From Octopus sinensis (lineage: Eukaryota), in the NCBI RefSeq assembly GCF_006345805.1, contig NW_021833778.1:1-55102 (forward strand): a stretch of 55,102 nt of DNA. The letters run 5' to 3'. Shown in pieces: positions 48,313 through 55,102 of the stretch. Made by a program: the position numbers and the translations under genes. The notes below the pieces were generated by a model. The model ran no database searches and had not been told where the DNA came from. It saw only the letters and a list, made by a program, of their open reading frames with translations. How positions within the stretch are numbered: position 1 is the stretch's first letter; every line of letters starts with the position of its first letter.

Positions 48313-49610
48313 CATCATCACCATCATCATCATTTAACATCCATTTTCCATGCTGGCATGGGTTGGATGGTTCGATGGGTCTGGGAAGCCAGGAGGTTGC
48401 ACCAGGCCCCAATTTGATCTGGCAGTGTTTCTACAGCTGGATGCCCTTCCTAATGCCAACCACTCCGAGAATGTAGTGGGTGCTTTTTACATGTCACCGG
48501 CACAAGGGGCCAGAAGAGCTGGCATCAACCATGATCAGATAGTGCTTTTTATGTGCCACCAGCATGGAAGCCAGTCAAGGTAGCCATGTTCAGATGGTGC
48601 TTTTTATGTGCTACCGGCATGGGGCTCACAACTACAATTTCCATTTGATTTGATTTTGATATTGCTGATGTTGATGTACTTGACTCAATAGGTCTCCTCA
48701 AGCACAGCTTGTCGCCCTATGATCCAAGGTACTTTTGAGTGGGCTGGTTATGCAACACTGGTGTAGGTTACAGTTGTGGACTCACTTTATTTGCCGGGTC
48801 TTCTCAGTCACAGCATACCTCCAGAGGTCTCTGTTTTTTGTCATTGCCTCTGTGAGGCCCAACGTTCAAAGGTAATGCTTCACCACCTCATCGCATGTTT
48901 CCCTCTACCCCAGATTCCATCCACTGTTTCAGAGTGGCACTTCTTCATGCAGCTCTCTTCATCCATCTGCAGTACATGACAATACCAATGCAAACATTTC
49001 TCTTGCATGCCACATCCGATGCTTGCTTCTTATGTCTAACATTTCTCTCAGGGTGCTTACAAACGTTGTGTGTGCACACTGACATTACACATCCAGCGGA
49101 TCATACTAGCTTCATTTCTTTCGAGCCTATGCATATCTTCAGCAGTCATGGCCCATGTTTCACTGCCATGAAGCATGGCAGTTTGCACTCATGCATCATA
49201 CAATCTACCTTTCACTCTGAGCGAGAGGCCCTTTGTCACCAGTAGGGGAAGAAGCTTTCTGAACTTTTCCCAGGCTATTCTTATTCTAGTGGTAACATTC
49301 TCTGAGCATCCACTCCCACTACAGATTTGATCAGCTAGGTAGCAGAAGCTATCAACTACTTCTAGTTTCTCCTCCTGGCATGTGATGGATTTTGTTTTCT
49401 GAGAATCTGTGGTGTTTATTGCCCCTGTGCATCTGCTGCACATGAAAGCTATCTTCCCGGTTAATCTTCCTTTGAAGTTGCTGCTCCTCTTATGTGTCCA
49501 TAGCTTACACTGGGTACATCTTATGGAATTTCTAACTACACCTTTTCTACAGATCGAGCAGGGCCACCTACCTGAAGGAGTGTGTGATGTGTTCATCTTC
49601 CTACTTACTA
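48313..49610 (-). mobile_element. 5'-truncated RTE-clade LINE with PHD-like insert and family D-type 3' tail
   Basis: ORF 49189-49596: WPCSICRKGV..SIRCTQCKLWTHKR..CSRC..LEVVDSFCYL..RIRIAWEKFRKLLPLL..KGRLYDA; 3' tail ending (ATG)n. Confidence 0.85.
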
Positions 49611-50201
49611 GAACTTTGGTCTTTCTATAGTAATTTATTGTTTCAAGAAAACATTGAATTTGAATTATTTAAAATTTTTACGATTATAGATAACAACTCA
49701 GGCTGTAACTTCTGAGCCTGAGTCAGGCACTTGTGAATGATGTTGAGAGAACGTTTGCTACAAATGATATTTTTTGACTAAATGACCACCAGATGCTGAA
49801 CAAAAATAAATGAACTGCGACCAGGCTCAATAAAAGGAGCCCATGTTATTGGCTGCAATTACATACTTGAAGTCAGTGTTGGCAGAAATTAAATCAGCTT
49901 GCAAATACATGTTCACTTTACTACATTTATATGCGGGCTAAGCACGAGCTGCCCAAGTACGAAAACAACCAATAACAAGAGTGTGTCAGTGTATTATTTA
50001 TTCTTGCTTCATTCAGCTACATACTGTGAGGGTGAATATCATCGACCATCCAATGTCTCAGTCTCTTTTCCCGCCTAACCGGATGTCCCTTTTTCTGCCA
50101 ACCAGCTCATTAGCTAGTCCACAGTGAAGTTTCTGCCTACAGAGTTCATCTAGTCCTTGGGCAGTGCACTATATATATGTGTGTGTGTGTGTATGTGGGT
50201 G

Positions 50202-50241
<40 letters not shown>

Positions 50242-51955
50242 TGTATAAATGTATGCGTGCACATGTGAGTGTTACTGTCTCCTTGCCTTGACATCATATG
50301 ATAGTTGCAAACGAATGTCATCATTATGCAAGCAGTGTCCTTTGTACCCAACATTCCATGAAAACATGCCTGGTTATAAGAAAATATTACCTTACTCAGA
50401 AACTGGTGAGATTTGGTGACATGAAGGGCATCCAGGTGTAGAAAGTCCAACTTAACAAAATTCCATCTGACCCATGGAAAAGTGGATGTAAAATCAATGA
50501 TGGTGATGATGATGTAACCTTCATTAGTTGTTTCCAAACTTATTTTGTGATGGAATCTATATATGATTTTCAAAGAATCACACAACTCTCTATTTTACAG
50601 AGAATATTATTAATTCATCCTGTGGCACTGCTGTTTCAAAGTTTAGTGAAATAAATAAAAGAAAACAACTATGCTTGAAAATCAAGTAAGAGTTAGTGAT
50701 AGGAAGAGCACTCCACCACAAAACATTGCCTGAAATAAGCATCCATCCAACCTATGCTAGCATAGAAAAATGTATGCACAATGAATGCTAAACTTGACTC
50801 TTTTAATACCAAAACTTATACACTATTCATATCAAGCACATCATCACAACACACACCACTACTCTGAACTCTTTGCCTGTTCTGTGTATTGCATGTGATA
50901 CACAGAACATATTTCCCTGGCATCCATGCATTTTTTATGATACACATTTCTAATATTCTTTCAACCAGCAAAGTAATTTGGGACTTATGAAAGGAAAGCT
51001 TTATATTACTCAGAATGCATGAAACAGAGGTTAGCTAAGTCTGAAAACATGCATGGACATTTTGAAAAAACTTATGAAAACACATTGGACAGACGAAGGG
51101 TTAATTATAAACAGCACTTAGCTAAAGTATTCAGAATTGTTCCGGTTGTTGGGTTTCACTGTCTCTGAGGTTGTTTTCTGGTGAAAGCACATCCTTAGCA
51201 CTGCTAGGACTGCATCTTAATGACTAGCCTTTCTCTCCTAAAATAGAAGGTAATTCAACTCCCAACAATCAGAGACCTTCTACAAAGTTCAGATGAGATA
51301 CACAATGGAATATTGCTCTCACATCTGGGACTAGGACTTTGCTGCAAGCACAAACGTTCAAGATTGCATCCAGAAAATGTCCACCTGACTAACTGGCATA
51401 AAGTCACCTGCAAACATGCTTCAGTCTTTGTGCTGTCACCTCAGCCCTTTCTCCTCTGTGCTGTCTCTCTCAGCCCTTTCTATCACCATCATTATGACCT
51501 TTGTTCTTTAGAGCTGGCTGAGCTCATGCTACCTCCACCTTATTATGTCCAACCCCTCCCCAGCACCATATTAATCACCATGTCCAGTCCTTCCTTCCAA
51601 GTATCTTGATCCTCTGCAATTCTCTCATATTTTTCATGCAAGTGTTGACTTACAGGTTGAAGAGGAACATTAATGATCTCAAAATCACTGGTCTCAGAAA
51701 ACCCCAAAGCCCATGGGCATTATTTTTTCTCCAGATCCAGCTGAAACACCTTAGTTATAGGTGTGCACTTTGAAGGCTGACCTGGGACTGGATAACATCA
51801 ACAACAACAACAACAACAGTAGCAGTAGCTGCAACAACACCTGGAATGAGCCAGAACTAAACAACAATAACACCAACAATAAACAAGCCAAGACAATGAA
51901 GATTGAGACATTTACGAAATAATTCTGGATAGCAGCCAGAGATTGAACTACCAAC

Positions 51956-52029
51956 CTTTGGTTAACGAGTGGTGTTGATATTTCTGATAGTAATCTGTAA
52001 TTTGAGAAATATGGCAAAACTCCAAACAT
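51956..52029 (-). CDS. TLCD4: TLCD4/TMEM56-like internal coding exon
   Basis: ttttctcttgcAG|ATGTTTGGA...AACCAAAG|GTtggt. Encodes MFGVLPYFSNYRLLSEISTPLVNQ(R), matching the TMEM56-type GVLxYxxNxRLLxExSxPxVNQR motif. 74 nt, phase 0 in, phase 2 out. Confidence 0.9.
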
Positions 52030-52089
52030 CTGCAAGAGAAAAGAATAAAACAATAATGTTTACAATCATCATTATTATTGTTGTTGTTG

Positions 52090-52808
52090 CTGGTGGCAAA
52101 CTGGTAGAATAATTAGCATGCCGGACGTAATGCTTTGCAACATTTCACCAATCTTTACATTCTGAGTTCAAATTCTTCTGCTGAGGTTCACTTTGCCTTT
52201 CATCATTGCAGGGTCAGTGAAATAAGTACCAGCTGAGTATTGAGGCAGATGTAATCAAATTTCCCCTCCTTTCAAAAGCTGCTATTATTGGTTCTGGGCC
52301 AAAATTTGAAACCATTAATATGGTAGTGGTAGTGGATTAGCAAAAGTATCCAGCTCTTCAAAGTTCTAAAAAGGAGTAAAAGTAAAGCTGACCTTGGTGA
52401 GGTTTTACTTCAGAACATAAAGAGCCATAAGAAAGCATTTTGTCTAATATGCAAACGATTTTTCCAGCTGGCCACCTAAGTAATAATAATAATAATAATA
52501 ATTATAATAATAATAATAACAATAATAATAATAATAATAATAATGATGATAACAATAATAATACTAATAATAATAATTCTTTCTACGGGAAGTACAAGGC
52601 CTCAGATTTGGAGTAAGGGATTAACTTGATTACATTGGCTCCAGTGTGTAACTGGTACTTATTTAATTGACCCCAAAAGGATGAAAAGCAAAGTTGACCC
52701 TGGAGGAAGTTGAATTCAGAATGTAAAGACGGATGAAATGCCGCTGAGCATTTTGTCTGGTGACCTAACGATTCTCTTAGCTTGCTGACTTACAACTACT
52801 ACTACTAC

Positions 52809-52841
<33 letters not shown>

Positions 52842-53086
52842 ACAATAATACTAAACACAATAATAATAATCCTTTCTGCTATAGGTACAAAGCCAGCAAT
52901 TTCTGGGGTTGGGTATCTCGATTACATTGACCCCCCCCAGCACGCAACTGGTCCTTATTTCATCAATCTTGAAACAATGAAAGGTAAAGTCAACCTTGGC
53001 AGAATTTGAACTCAGAATGTGCAGATGAATGAAATACCACTAATCTTTTGGCCCAGCATGCTAACAATTCTGCCAGCTCACTGCCT
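52090..53086. mobile_element. Three diverged family A SINEs (52090-52310 +, 52590-52785 -, 52870-53086 -) around (AAT)n/(TAC)n
   Basis: Recognisable ctttgcctttcatc / atgaaaggtaaagtcaacc cores. Further degenerate copies lie near 1215-1400, 1800-1990, 2335-2480 and 20265-20400. Confidence 0.7.
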
Positions 53087-53428
53087 TAATAATAATGATA
53101 ATAATGATGATGATGATGATGATGGACTTTCTCATCAAAGATGATATATGAATGATCAGCTTTGTGTCGAATGACCTGCACAAATGATTTGTTTATAGTG
53201 ATCAGATGTTCATGCCACACAATAGCTCGTTCTCTCCATCAAATCAATATTGTCTGGACAGGTGCATCATGCACCAGGTGTCAAAGTGATCACGGAGCAA
53301 TGTGAGATGAAGTGTTTTGCTCAAGAAAACAACACACCATCATCTTGATCACTAGATTGTGAGTACAAGACCCTAACCATTAAACCATGTAACCTCACTT
53401 ATAGTAGTAGTAGTAGCAATAATAATGA

Positions 53429-53776
53429 CTAGCACTATGACCTGGCAACGCCGGGTCATAGTGCTAGTGCATGCATGCGCACATACACGCGAGTACTGTC
53501 CAAATCTCCAACCAATCACATACAGCTAGCTGGCATTCAATAGGCATATCAAGTTTCGGGCATTTTGATTGGGTTTTGGATAGAAAATTCACAAAAAAGT
53601 CACTTATATTGATTTTTTAATGGCTTTGCAGGGTGACTGAGGAAATGTAAAGATGTGCACGACCACCCTTGGATGGTTTTGAATGACCATAGAAAGTGCA
53701 AGCCCTCTAGCTGAAAAATTGTGGAGTTGTATAAAGGACACACACACAGACATTTTGCCGTTTATATATATAGAGA
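53429..53776 (-). mobile_element. Intact short non-autonomous Helitron-like element
   Basis: Minus strand starts A|TCTCTATATATATAAACGGCAAAATGTCTGTGTGTG and ends in a 41-bp palindrome finishing CTAG|T. Confidence 0.75.
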
Positions 53777-53992
53777 TAATAATAATAATAATAATACCAA
53801 TTGTAATTAGCGTGCTAGGAAGTATCAGCTCTCAACAACTAACATGACTCAAAAAGATCAATACAAATGTAAAGATAGAACACCTACAAATATCACTATA
53901 GCTTGGAACTGTAAGAGTTCTCTGCTGGCTGTGGATAGCTGATGCTTTCCACCATACCCAGCAAAATAAGCTGAGAGTTTTTTTATCAAATG

Positions 53993-54027
<35 letters not shown>

Positions 54028-54074
54028 GATGTTACATGAATGGAGAATGACAAGAAATTGTTCAAAATACTTAC

Positions 54075-54169
54075 AGCAACATAGAAAAATGCATATGCTG
54101 CAGATGCATGGTGCAAAAAATAGAATATTTCACCTATTTTGTCATAGTGCAGAGCCATTACTAATGAGT
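54075..54169 (-). CDS. TLCD4: TLC-domain protein 4 (TMEM56-like), internal coding exon
   Basis: Minus strand ...ctctgtttcAG|ACTCATTAGTAATGGCT...GTTGCT|GTaagt. Encodes (D)SLVMALHYDKIGEIFYFLHHASAAYAFFYVA with the TLC-family HH motif. 95 nt, phase 1 in, phase 0 out. Confidence 0.88.
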
Positions 54170-54478
54170 CTGAAACAGAGAATCAAGGTAGTATATAATA
54201 CATACATATATACGTATATATATAGAGAGATAGATACAAAGAGAGGGGGAGAGATGCATACATACACACACATATACGTATGTACACACATACACAAATT
54301 CACACACACAGAGTTTTGGTGATACAAACGGGGAAAATAGAATCCAAAACATGAGTGTATGTGTGTGTGTGTGAATTTGTATAATAATAATAATAACAAC
54401 AACAACAACAACAACAATAATGATAATAATAATAATAATGATAATAATAATAATAATAATAAAATATATATATATTTT

Positions 54479-54856
54479 GTGGCTGTGTGGTAAGTAGCTT
54501 GCTAACCAACCACATGGTTCCGGGTTCAGTCCCACTGCGTGGTACCTTGGGCAAGTGTCTCCTACTATAGCCTCGGGCCGACCAAAGCCTTGTGAGTGGA
54601 TTTTGTAGACGGAAACTGAAAGAAGCCCGTCATATATGTGTATATATATATATGTGTGCGTGTGTGTTTGTGTGTCTGTGTTTGTCCCCCTAGCATTGCT
54701 GGTGTGTTTATGTCCCCGTCACTTAGCGGTTCGGTAAAAGAGACCGATAGAATAAGTACTGGGCTTACAAAGAATAAGTCCCAGGGTCGAGTTGCTCGAC
54801 TAAAGGCAGTGCTCCAGCATGGCCGCAGTCAAATGACTGAAACAAGTAAGAGAGTA
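54479..54856 (+). mobile_element. Family B SINE, well preserved
   Basis: GTGGCTGTGTGGTAAGTAGCTTGCTAACCAACCACATGGTTCCGGGTTCAGTCCCACTGCGTGG...GAAACAAGTAAGAGAG. Confidence 0.88.
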
Positions 54857-55102
54857 TATATATATATATATGTATATATATGTATATATATGTATATGTA
54901 CACACACAATGGGTGCAGGACATCATTTCCAAGTAAGTTTGTATGTATGTATGTAATTCAGTTGGAGGTTATGTTGGCCTCATTAGCAGATGGTATCATC
55001 CAAGGAGATACTGGTTCAATACCTAATATTTTTAGATAGATAGCTAGAGAGATAGATAGATATTTTATTATTAATGTACAGAAGTTGCAGAGTGACTCAA
55101 GG

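Larger units (their letters stand above)
20115..51955 (-). other. 31.8 kb last intron of the TLCD4-like gene
   Basis: GT...AG bounded and phase-compatible with both flanking exons; filled with transposons. I found no other TLC-like exon inside it. Confidence 0.8.

Overview
AT-rich, microsatellite-dense animal DNA whose SINE families resemble those of Octopus (species assignment is inference). The only host gene I can support is a TLCD4/TMEM56-like gene on the minus strand. Three coding exons lie at 54169-54075, 52029-51956 and 20114-19811, with phase-consistent GT-AG junctions and a 31.8 kb last intron; its 5' exons are beyond the window. The rest is mostly transposon-derived: several tRNA-derived SINE families, RTE, CR1 and Penelope fragments, Tigger/pogo and Tc1/mariner relics, and non-autonomous Helitron-like elements. 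The most striking structure is at 32.3-43.7 kb. Two diverged, full-length Tx1/L1-type retrotransposons sit head-to-tail with overlapping target-site duplications, so both inserted into one 27-bp site, and that site appears to lie inside a non-autonomous Helitron-like element. The second LINE ends in the same ~36-nt 3' tail as the most frequent SINE family in the window, pointing to a SINE-LINE partnership. Both LINEs share candidate RNA signals: 5' hairpin arrays, a 5' splice-site/U1 motif between ORF1 and ORF2, and a 3' UTR pseudoknot. Penelope-type tails carry hammerhead ribozyme motifs, and one has a fixed-spacing CCAAT-CRE promoter array. All analysis was by eye; no searches or folding were run, and boundaries of decayed elements are approximate.
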